A DNA stretch of 64,000 nt, taken from Pseudomonas aeruginosa PAO1. Lineage in GTDB: Bacteria; Pseudomonadota; Gammaproteobacteria; Pseudomonadales; Pseudomonadaceae. The stretch is taken from assembly GCF_000006765.1 (NCBI RefSeq), contig NC_002516.2. One strand, given 5' to 3'. Position numbers and translations under genes: made by a program. Positions 34,860 through 42,619 of this stretch are shown piece after piece (the first letter of the stretch is position 1; each line of letters opens with the position of its first letter). The notes below the pieces were generated by a model. It searched no databases and had not been told where the DNA came from. It was given only the letters and a program-made list of their open reading frames with translations.

Positions 34860-34877
34860 TTAACGTTAAGCGTTAAC
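34860..34877. promoter_or_regulatory. Palindromic higBA operator
   Basis: TTAACGTTAA (34860-34869) and GTTAAC (34872-34877) just upstream of the higB ATG. Confidence 0.75.
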
Positions 34878-34879
34878 TT

Positions 34880-34922
34880 CACTACAGATTACCACAGATC
34901 CTCATGTGGTCAATTTGTAGCC
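34880..34922. repeat. Degenerate arm-like repeats at the integrase 3' end
   Basis: Plus strand CACTACAGAT/TACCACAGAT (34880-34899); minus strand GGCTACAAATT/GACCACATGAG (34922-34901). Confidence 0.55.
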
Positions 34923-35045
34923 AGACTGAGTAATCGGAGAAAAGCGCATCGCCGATTCCAAGTGCTCCGGCGACAGATGTGCATACCGCATCATCATCGA
35001 GGAATGCCCGAGGATCCGCTGTAGGGCCACGCCATGCGCAGCGCC
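34902..35045 (-). pseudogene. Tyrosine integrase C-terminal remnant
   Basis: LQRILGHSS..MRYAHLSPEHLESA retains the LGH box and catalytic Tyr; no N-terminal or R/HxxR domains. Confidence 0.8.
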
Positions 35046-35105
35046 CCGTGTCAGGCATTTCATCTTGCTTTGGATGCCAGGCATGCCTCATTGAAACAGT
35101 TCGAA

Positions 35106-35124
35106 TCATTTGATAATCATTATC
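35106..35124. promoter_or_regulatory. Fur box upstream of chtA
   Basis: TCATTTGATAATCATTATC matches the GATAATGATAATCATTATC consensus at 14 of 19 positions. Confidence 0.8.
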
Positions 35125-35177
35125 GATTTGTTTAGCTTTGCCGCCCATCAAAACAACAGCAACTCGGAAATCTCCTC

Positions 35178-37406
35178 ATGCCCCGCTCCATCCCTTTGCG
35201 CCCGGCTCCCCTGGCGCTTTCCCTGTCCCTCTTCGCTTCGTTTTCCGCTCCTGCGCTGGCTGCCGATCCGGTGGAGCAGCAGATGGTGGTGATCGGCTCG
35301 CGCGCGCCGACCAGCATCAGCGAGTTGCCCGGCACGGTCTGGGTGATCGAGCGCGAGCAACTGGACCAGCAGACCCAGGCCGGCGTGCCGCTGAAGGAGG
35401 CGTTGGGACAATTGATCCCGGGCCTGGATATCGGCTCCCAGGGTCGTACCAACAACGGCCAGAACCTGCGCGGACGCAGCGTACTGGTGATGATCGACGG
35501 GGTGTCGCTGAACAGTTCACGGGGCATCAGCCGGCAGTTCGACTCCATCGACCCATTCAACATCGAGCGCATCGAGGTGATGTCCGGCGCCAGCGCGGTG
35601 TACGGCGGCGGCGCCACCGGCGGGATCATCAACATCGTGACCAAGAAGGGCGTCGGCGGCGACACTCGCTTCAACACCGAGCTGGGCGCCCGCAGCGGCT
35701 TCCAGAGCCATGAGGACCACGACCTGCGCGCGGCGCAGTCGATCAGCGGCGGCAACGACCTGTTCAACGGCCGCCTGGCCATCGCCTACCAGAAGAACGG
35801 CGCGGCCTACGACGGCAGTGGCGACCAGGTACTGACGGACATCACCCAGACCGACCTGCAGTACAACAGGTCGGTGGACCTGATGGGCAGCCTTGGCTTC
35901 ACTTTCGCCAATGGCCACAGCCTCGATCTCGGCCTGCAGTACTACGACTCCGGCTACGACGGCGACCGCGGCCTCGATCTTGGGCGCAACTTCGATGCCC
36001 TGCGCGGACGGGCACCCTATTCGATCAAGGGCGGCGTCGACCTCGACCGCGAGCCGGAGAGCAAGCGCCATCAGTTCAACGCCACCTACCACGCGCCGGA
36101 AGTGCTGGGTCACGACCTCTACCTGCAGGCCTACTACCGCAACGAGAAGATGGCCTTCAATCCCTTCCCTACCATCCGCTACAGCAATACCGGCGCGATC
36201 AACTACGGCACCTCCTACTACTCGGCCTCGCAGCAGGACACCGACTACTACGGGATGAAACTGGCCCTGGTGAAGACCTGGGAGCGCGCCAGCCTGACCT
36301 ACGGGGTGGACCTGGACCGGGAAAAATTCACGTCCGACCAGATGCTCTTCAACCTGCCGCTCGCCGCCGCCAGCGGCGGGCTGGTAGCCAGTGAACAGGC
36401 CAAGCTGGGCCGCTACCCGGACATCGATACCGACAGCCGCGCCTTCTTCCTCCAGGGCAGTTGGAAGGCCACCGACGACCTGACCCTGAGCGCCGGCGTG
36501 CGGCGCCAGTCGATGAGCACCGACGTCAGCGACTTCGTTGCGGCGAACCAGCAGATCCTCATCGCCAACGGCCTCGGCAAGACCGCCGACGCGGTTCCGG
36601 GCGGGAGCAAGGACTACGACGTCAACCTGGTCAACGTCGGCGCCATCTACAAGCTGAACCTGCAACAACAGGTCTGGGCCAACTACAGCGAAGGCTTCGA
36701 GCTGCCGGATCCGGCCAAGTACTACGGTTTCGGACGCTACGGCGCAGCCGACGGCAATGGCCACTACCCGCTGTTGCAGGGGGTCAGCGTGAACGACTCG
36801 CCGCTGGACGGGATCAAGACCAAGCAGGTCGAGCTGGGCTGGCGGCACACCGACGGTGCCCTGGATACCCAGGTGGCGGCGTTCTATTCCTGGTCGGACA
36901 AGAGCATCAAGTACGACTCGAAGACCCTGGCGGTGCTGCAGCAGGACACCAAGAAGCGCAACTACGGCCTGGAGGGCCAGGCTACCTACTGGCTGGACGA
37001 TCACTGGCAGGTCGGCGTCAACGGCCTGGCCATCCGCTCCCAGGAGAAGGTCGACGGCCGCTGGCTGAAGCAGGACGTGACCTCGGCCAGCCCGTCCAAG
37101 GCCGGCGCCTTCGTCGGCTGGAAGGACGACCAGCGCAGCCTGCGCCTGCAGGGCGTGCGCACCTTCAACCTGAACGACGAGCCGGGCAACAAGATCGACG
37201 GCTACGCGCTGTTCGACCTGCTCGGCACCCAGGCGCTGCCGGTGGGCACCCTCACCGCGGGCATCCAGAACCTGCTGGACAAGGACTACACCACGGTCTG
37301 GGGACAACGCGCGCAGGTCTACTACGGCGGGCTCGCACCAGCGGGACTGTTCGACTACAAGGGACGGGGGCGGACCTACAGCCTGACGTATAGCGTGGAG
37401 TTCTGA
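35178..37406 (+). CDS. chtA: TonB-dependent xenosiderophore receptor (IutA-like)
   Basis: Signal peptide, QMVVIGSR TonB box, IERIEVMSGASAVYGGGATGGIINI plug motif, terminal YSVEF; Fur box upstream. Confidence 0.88.
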   Translation: MPRSIPLRPAPLALSLSLFASFSAPALAADPVEQQMVVIGSRAPTSISELPGTVWVIEREQLDQQTQAGVPLKEALGQLIPGLDIGSQGRTNNGQNLRGRSVLVMIDGVSLNSSRGISRQFDSIDPFNIERIEVMSGASAVYGGGATGGIINIVTKKGVGGDTRFNTELGARSGFQSHEDHDLRAAQSISGGNDLFNGRLAIAYQKNGAAYDGSGDQVLTDITQTDLQYNRSVDLMGSLGFTFANGHSLDLGLQYYDSGYDGDRGLDLGRNFDALRGRAPYSIKGGVDLDREPESKRHQFNATYHAPEVLGHDLYLQAYYRNEKMAFNPFPTIRYSNTGAINYGTSYYSASQQDTDYYGMKLALVKTWERASLTYGVDLDREKFTSDQMLFNLPLAAASGGLVASEQAKLGRYPDIDTDSRAFFLQGSWKATDDLTLSAGVRRQSMSTDVSDFVAANQQILIANGLGKTADAVPGGSKDYDVNLVNVGAIYKLNLQQQVWANYSEGFELPDPAKYYGFGRYGAADGNGHYPLLQGVSVNDSPLDGIKTKQVELGWRHTDGALDTQVAAFYSWSDKSIKYDSKTLAVLQQDTKKRNYGLEGQATYWLDDHWQVGVNGLAIRSQEKVDGRWLKQDVTSASPSKAGAFVGWKDDQRSLRLQGVRTFNLNDEPGNKIDGYALFDLLGTQALPVGTLTAGIQNLLDKDYTTVWGQRAQVYYGGLAPAGLFDYKGRGRTYSLTYSVEF

Positions 37407-37475
37407 AGCCGTCCTCGACAGTTCCCCTGTCCCTCCAGGGAGAGGGGAACTCGTGGGAAAGAGCTTCCGCCTCTC

Positions 37476-38123
37476 TCAGCAGCAACCGCCCAGCGGACTC
37501 AAGCGATACTGCGGCGGCAACTGGTCGAGGCCGCTGACGGTGACGTTGAGGTTCTTCCACAGGCCATCCTTGATCCCGTAGATGCAGCCATGCACGGACA
37601 GTGACTGGCCGCGGTGCCAGGCGTTCTGGACGATGCTGGTGTGGCTGACGTTGGCCACCTGCTGGATCACGTTGAGCTCGCAGAGGCGGTCGACGCGCTC
37701 TTCCTCGGTCGGCAACTGCTCCAGGTGCTCGCGGTATTCGTAGGCGAGGTCGCGAATGCTGCGCAGCCAGCCGTCGATCAGGCCGAGCTGGTCGTTGTGC
37801 AGGGAGGCGCGCACGCCGCCGCAGCCGTAGTGGCCGGTGACCAGGATGTGCTTGACCTTGAGCACGTCGACGGCGAACTGGATCACCGACAGGCAGTTGA
37901 GGTCGGTGTGCAGCACGACGTTGGCGACGTTGCGATGGACGAACAGGTCGCCGGGCAGCATGCCGACGATTTCGTTGGCCGGCACCCGCGCGTCGGAGCA
38001 GCCGATCCAGAGGTACTCGGGGGTCTGCTGGCGGGCCAGCTTGGCGAAGAAGTCCGGGTCTTCCTGCTTGATCGCTTCGGCCCAGCGGACGTTGTTCTCG
38101 AACAGTTGCTGCAAGTCGCTCAT
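37476..38123 (-). CDS. can: Beta-class carbonic anhydrase
   Basis: WIGCSDARV, HRNVAN, GHYGCGG zinc ligands; ATG at 38123. Confidence 0.94.
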   Translation of the reverse strand: MSDLQQLFENNVRWAEAIKQEDPDFFAKLARQQTPEYLWIGCSDARVPANEIVGMLPGDLFVHRNVANVVLHTDLNCLSVIQFAVDVLKVKHILVTGHYGCGGVRASLHNDQLGLIDGWLRSIRDLAYEYREHLEQLPTEEERVDRLCELNVIQQVANVSHTSIVQNAWHRGQSLSVHGCIYGIKDGLWKNLNVTVSGLDQLPPQYRLSPLGGCC

Positions 38124-38184
38124 GGCATGCCCCTCGTTTGACCGGTGCAGCACCTTACGGAAGGCGATGCCCGTTTGACAAGCG

Positions 38185-39423
38185 TCACAGCGCGGCGTGG
38201 CTACGCCACCAGCGCTGCTGCGCCAGCGGCTGCATGGCGACCTGATCATGCCAACAGGCGTGCCAGGCTGCGGCGTCCTCTGCCAGGCGCGGCCAGTCGG
38301 GCTGTTCGAGGTCGGCGAAGAGTTCCCGTTCCAGCCAATCACGGCCGCTGCGCAGGAGCCGGCGGAAGGCGCGGTCGGTAAGCGCGCGGCGGTGCACCGC
38401 CTCGAAGCGCCACCAGGGGGACTCCTGTACCGCCTCGCGCGGCTGGCTGAGCACGGCGGCGCCGGAGGCCGGATCGAAGGACAGCGGCTGGAACAGTCCC
38501 AGGCACGGCGCCGAAGTACCGGTGGCGGCCAGCAACGGGCCGTCGTCGCGCAAGCGGGCGACCAAACTGGCGGTGGTCTGCGAAGGCCGCCAGAAGCTGC
38601 CGGCGTGCATGCATACCTGGCGGTTGTTGTGGCGGCGGAAGTGGTCCCCGCGCGGGCCATGGTGGCGCAGCGCGGCGAACAGCGCGTGCCAGTCCGGCTC
38701 ACCAGGCAGGCTGTCGAGGAAGCGCTGGTTGATCCGACAGCGCCGGTGCGCGCCGCCGACCCAGGGTAGCAGGCGGGTGTCGAAGACCCGCGCGAAGTGG
38801 AAGTCGCCGCGACCATCCCAGCAGCCCTGGCGGCGAGCCTGGTCCTCGAGGTCGCGGCTGCACAGGTCGAATTCGTGGCCAAGGGTCAGGGCGTTGGAGA
38901 TGGCCCAGCGCTCGACCTTCTTCGCCGCCCACAGGTTGCCGGCGGTTTCCAGCACCCAGGCTTCGCCGGGGTCGGCGATGAGGAAGCTGTTGTCGTAGCG
39001 GATGCGCTTGTCGCGGTAGCCGGCCGGGCCGCCCTGGCCGTAACGCTGCAACAACCCGGTGATCACCTCTAGCGCCTCGCGGGCGCTGGCGCCGCGCTCC
39101 AGTCCCAGGCGCAGCAGGTCCATGCCGAGCAGCGCGGTGCCGCGCTGACGGGTCAGCTTGGTGAACACCGCTTCGTTGCCGATGGCCACGCCGTGCTCAT
39201 TGACGCCCATTTCCGCGCCCCAGATCCAGCTCGGCTGGCTGATCACCAGCGCATGTCGCTGGGCGGTCTGGGGAATGTCGAGATAGGTGGTGCGCAAGCG
39301 CGCTTCCGGATCGTTGCGCACCGCCGGCAGGCGCAGCAGACGCTGCGGTTCGGCGGGCTCGCGGTCACTGTTCTTGGCGAACCAGGTCTGGCCCTGGTGG
39401 CGAAGGATCAGGGTGTCGCACAT
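38185..39423 (-). CDS. Secernin/peptidase C69-like Ntn hydrolase
   Basis: Starts M-C-D-T (N-terminal Cys nucleophile); FAKNSDRE, WIWGAEMGVNEHGVAIGNEA, LLGMDLLRLGLER. Confidence 0.85.
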   Translation of the reverse strand: MCDTLILRHQGQTWFAKNSDREPAEPQRLLRLPAVRNDPEARLRTTYLDIPQTAQRHALVISQPSWIWGAEMGVNEHGVAIGNEAVFTKLTRQRGTALLGMDLLRLGLERGASAREALEVITGLLQRYGQGGPAGYRDKRIRYDNSFLIADPGEAWVLETAGNLWAAKKVERWAISNALTLGHEFDLCSRDLEDQARRQGCWDGRGDFHFARVFDTRLLPWVGGAHRRCRINQRFLDSLPGEPDWHALFAALRHHGPRGDHFRRHNNRQVCMHAGSFWRPSQTTASLVARLRDDGPLLAATGTSAPCLGLFQPLSFDPASGAAVLSQPREAVQESPWWRFEAVHRRALTDRAFRRLLRSGRDWLERELFADLEQPDWPRLAEDAAAWHACWHDQVAMQPLAQQRWWRSHAAL

Positions 39424-39573
39424 GGGGGGCTCCAGTCTGCGCATCCTGCCACCGGCCGCTGTCGACCTGACTTCGCACTCCCGCGAAGGGTTACCGCATG
39501 AAGGGACCTGCCTGCGGTATGCAGGCGAGAATCGGAATGCTGGTAAGGGTACGGCGGTGCCAGAAGGCCAGCC

Positions 39574-39593
39574 AGCTACTCCAAGTGATAGCT
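39574..39593. promoter_or_regulatory. las/rhl-box candidate
   Basis: AGCTACTCCAAGTGATAGCT fits NNCT-N12-AGNN, about 150 nt upstream of the peptidase start. Confidence 0.6.
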
Positions 39594-39621
39594 AGTTGCC
39601 GGCAGGGAAGCGGAGCAAGCC

Positions 39622-40074
39622 TCAGTCGAACAGGGTACAGGCCATGACCAGGGCGTCTTCGCGCCCGCCGACGGCGGGGTAGTAGTCGCGACGGCGGCCG
39701 ATCTCGTTGAAACCGTAGCGTTCGTAGAGGCGGTAGGCGGCCTGGTTGGAAGCGCGCACTTCGAGGAAGCATTCGCGAGCCTGGTGGCCGGCCGCCTCGC
39801 GCATCAGGTGTTCGAGCAGGCGCAGACCGAGGCCACGCCCCTGGCTTTCGGGCTTCACCGTGATATTCAGCAGGTGCGCCTCGTCGAGGATGATCTGGAT
39901 GACGCCATGGCCGACCTGCTGGCTACCCTCGAACATCAGCCAGCAATGGTAGTTCTTCAGGCCTTCGCTGAAGATGCCACGGGTCCAGGGGTGACTGAAG
40001 GCGGCATATTCGATTTTCAGCACGGCATCGAGGTCCGCCTCGGTCATCGGGCGGAAGGAAATCGCATCGCTCAT
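39622..40074 (-). CDS. rimI: Ribosomal-protein-alanine N-acetyltransferase
   Basis: GNAT fold: EAHLLNITV, QGRGLG, FLEVRASN, RRDYY. Confidence 0.95.
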   Translation of the reverse strand: MSDAISFRPMTEADLDAVLKIEYAAFSHPWTRGIFSEGLKNYHCWLMFEGSQQVGHGVIQIILDEAHLLNITVKPESQGRGLGLRLLEHLMREAAGHQARECFLEVRASNQAAYRLYERYGFNEIGRRRDYYPAVGGREDALVMACTLFD

Positions 40075-40907
40075 TGAATCTCGCTCGACCAGCGCTGACG
40101 GACACGGCGCATGGCGCGCCACAGCTCGCCCTTGAGGGCGGGTTCTTCCATGAGGGCTTCCAGGCCTGGCACGGCCCAGGTTGCGCCCAGACCGTCCACC
40201 TGCAGCTCGCGGAACAGGCTGCCCTCGTCGCCCTCGCCGGCGAAGCGGATCGCCGGCAGGCCGACCAACCACAGGCAGCGGCTACGCTCGCTCTCCTCCA
40301 TGCGCGCGGCGACGAAGCTCTGGACGAACTCCAGGGCCGCCTGCGGCCCCTGGTCGAGGTTGCCGCGCGCCAGCAGCGGCCAGCGTACCGGTTCGCCGAT
40401 CAGCCGCGGGCTGTCCGGCAGGCCGGCGGCGCGCAGCAGGTCGCGCAGCAGCAGGTAACCCGGATCGCGGCTGGCGAAGGGTTCGCCGGTGGGCAGTTCG
40501 ACCAGCAGGGTGCAGGAGCCCGCCTGCAGCAGTTGCAAGGCGAAGCGCGGCGGCGGGGCCTGGACCGCCGGCGACTCGGCCGGGGCCTCTTCGACCGGCG
40601 CGACCGGCTCGGCTTTCTTCGCCGCCGGGGCGCCCGGCTTCGGCAGGCTGATCGGGATCCCCCGGCCTTCCACGGGCGCGGCGGGAGCCACGCTCGGCGC
40701 GCTGGCCGGCGCCTCGGCTTGCGGGACGCGGGCCTGCGGCGCATCGATCGCGGCGCGCGCACGCACAGGCACCGCCGGCTCTTCCCGGGGCGGGGTCTCC
40801 AGCAACTCCGGCCGCGAGGGTGCGGCGAACGGCAACGGCTGGCGGGGCAGCCAACTGGTTATCTGCATCGCGCCCAGGAAGGCGCGGCGACGCTGTTCTT
40901 CGATCAA
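40071..40907 (-). CDS. holD: DNA polymerase III psi subunit, long pseudomonad form
   Basis: 278 aa; N-terminal RRRAFLGAMQITSW resembles the psi N-terminus; ATGA-coupled to rimI as in the holD-rimI synteny. Confidence 0.78.
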   Translation of the reverse strand: MIEEQRRRAFLGAMQITSWLPRQPLPFAAPSRPELLETPPREEPAVPVRARAAIDAPQARVPQAEAPASAPSVAPAAPVEGRGIPISLPKPGAPAAKKAEPVAPVEEAPAESPAVQAPPPRFALQLLQAGSCTLLVELPTGEPFASRDPGYLLLRDLLRAAGLPDSPRLIGEPVRWPLLARGNLDQGPQAALEFVQSFVAARMEESERSRCLWLVGLPAIRFAGEGDEGSLFRELQVDGLGATWAVPGLEALMEEPALKGELWRAMRRVRQRWSSEIQ

Positions 40908-41031
40908 ATCTCGGGCACCGGCAATTAGGCGATGCGCGGGGACGGTTTCGCCCCCGGCGTTCAGGCAGGCAATGATAGCGGTTCTTCGACCTCGGCGGAG
41001 CGGCTTTGTCCCGCCATGCGACGGTTCGCCC

Positions 41032-41568
41032 TCAACGCGGGGCGACGGTGAAGATATTGACGTTGCCCTGCAGCTTGAGGGTGCCGTCGATGCGTGCGCT
41101 GACCAGGTTGGTCTGCACCAGCCCGGGATCGGTACCGCGCGCCTTGTTGGCGCCAGCGATGGTGAAGCTCAGGTCCTGGAAGCTGGTGTCCTTCAGGCCG
41201 ACGCGCAGCACCGGGCGGTTGAAGGCGGCGCCGTCGCCGCCGAAGCCGTCCTTGATGGTCACCACGTCCAGGGTGACTTCGTCGAAGCTGAACTTGCCGC
41301 TGATATCGTCGATCACCAGGTAGTTGTTGCCGCTGCCGGCCGGCTGGATCGCCAGGCGCGCGCCGCAACCGCCGGCGCAGCGCGTCTGCGAAGGATTTTC
41401 CTGGAGATTGAGCGAGGCGCTGATGCTGATCCCGGCCTGGCCGACCACGTCGTCCAGATCGCTATCGCCCAGCGAGCGCAACTCGGCCCCGGCCGAAGCG
41501 CTGAACAGCAGCGCCAGCGCCGCGAGGATGCCGATGCCGCCTGCCAGTGGATGAGTCTGCTTGGCCAT
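41032..41568 (-). CDS. Secreted DUF6160/FilA-like protein 3
   Basis: Signal peptide then AELRSLGDSDLDDVVGQAGI; beta-rich; CAGGC. Confidence 0.75.
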   Translation of the reverse strand: MAKQTHPLAGGIGILAALALLFSASAGAELRSLGDSDLDDVVGQAGISISASLNLQENPSQTRCAGGCGARLAIQPAGSGNNYLVIDDISGKFSFDEVTLDVVTIKDGFGGDGAAFNRPVLRVGLKDTSFQDLSFTIAGANKARGTDPGLVQTNLVSARIDGTLKLQGNVNIFTVAPR

Positions 41569-41598
41569 GTGCTGCGTACCTCGTTTCGCGCCGCCACC

Positions 41599-42618
41599 TC
41601 AGAGGTTGTGCGACGTCACCTTCAGGTAGTTGAAGCTGAGCCCGGATATCTCGTTGCGGCCCATGTTGTAGCCGCCGGTCGGTACCTGCCCGTAGCCTGG
41701 CCGGGTACCGCCGATGTTGAGGTTCTCGATCACCAGGCTGGTGCGCGGCGCATTGGCGTAGAAGTCGGCGGCGTTGGCCAGGGTCAGCTTGGGCAGTTCG
41801 AAAGTGAAGTTGCCGTCGGCGGTGACCGAGAACAGCAACGGCTGCGACTTCCCGTAGCCAAGCGCGACGCTGGCATAGGCGTTGGTCAGGTAGACGGTGC
41901 GCGCGGCCTGCTCAGCGGCGCTGACGCAACTGGGCGAGCCAGCACCGCAGGACATGATCTCGAAAGTCTTGGCGTAGAGGTTCAGGCGTATCTCGCCAAC
42001 CAGTTGGCTGCGCGCGTTGGCGCCCCAGAAGCGCAGGTAGGAACCGTCCATCGCCAGTTCGGAGAAGTCCAGGTTGAGCACATCGGTGCGCGTGGAAGTG
42101 ACGCCGAAGTCGAAGCGGATGCCGGCGTCGACCTTTTCGCTGGCCCGGCTCGAGCAGTTGCTGCCGGCACCGGCGTAACCAGCGATGCACGGCTGGCCGC
42201 CGGCGCCGCTCACCAGGCTGGGGAAAGCCAGCTCGATCACGTCCGCGGTGTCCGGCAAGGTGCTGACCACCCGCCCGTCGTCGAGCTGGGTGGTCAGCAC
42301 CGAACCCTTGGCCAGATTCAGCTTGAACGGGAAATTGAGACGGCCGAGAGTCACCGGCGCCAGGGTGCTGCCCTTGTTGCTGCCAGTGGCGGCGACGTAC
42401 AGCTCCTTTACCGTAATCGGCACGTTCTGCCCGGTGGCGGTGTTGGTCACGCCATTGATCGCGATGGTGGCCTTGTTGCCGTCGACCATGGCGCTGTCGA
42501 GGACGAAGCCGATGCCGGCACCCTGCACGTCCGACAGTTGCTCGTCGTCGAGCGCTGTCATCTCGGCATGGGCGAAGGGGGCGGCCAGCAGGGCCGCGAG
42601 CAGGCAGGCGCGACTCAT
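41599..42618 (-). CDS. Secreted DUF6160/FilA-like protein 2
   Basis: Signal peptide then EMTALDDEQLSDVQGAGI; two Cys pairs; starts 1 nt after the upstream stop. Confidence 0.75.
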   Translation of the reverse strand: MSRACLLAALLAAPFAHAEMTALDDEQLSDVQGAGIGFVLDSAMVDGNKATIAINGVTNTATGQNVPITVKELYVAATGSNKGSTLAPVTLGRLNFPFKLNLAKGSVLTTQLDDGRVVSTLPDTADVIELAFPSLVSGAGGQPCIAGYAGAGSNCSSRASEKVDAGIRFDFGVTSTRTDVLNLDFSELAMDGSYLRFWGANARSQLVGEIRLNLYAKTFEIMSCGAGSPSCVSAAEQAARTVYLTNAYASVALGYGKSQPLLFSVTADGNFTFELPKLTLANAADFYANAPRTSLVIENLNIGGTRPGYGQVPTGGYNMGRNEISGLSFNYLKVTSHNL

Positions 42619-42619
42619 C

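Noticed and set aside
34103-35100. Intact prophage or genomic island at tRNA-Met
   Set aside because: Only about 1 kb, with no complete integrase, no structural genes and no long duplication of the tRNA 3' end
34139-35151. ORFs 34139-34555 (+), 34574-34876 (+) and 34882-35151 (-)
   Set aside because: They overlap higA, higB or the integrase relic in other frames, with no motifs or RBS
39506-39527. Second las-box-like palindrome GCCTGC-GGTAT-GCAGGC
   Set aside because: Does not fit CT-N12-AG; more likely a leader hairpin
40071-40907. TonB-like energy transducer
   Set aside because: No N-terminal transmembrane anchor; the N-terminus and rimI synteny fit holD
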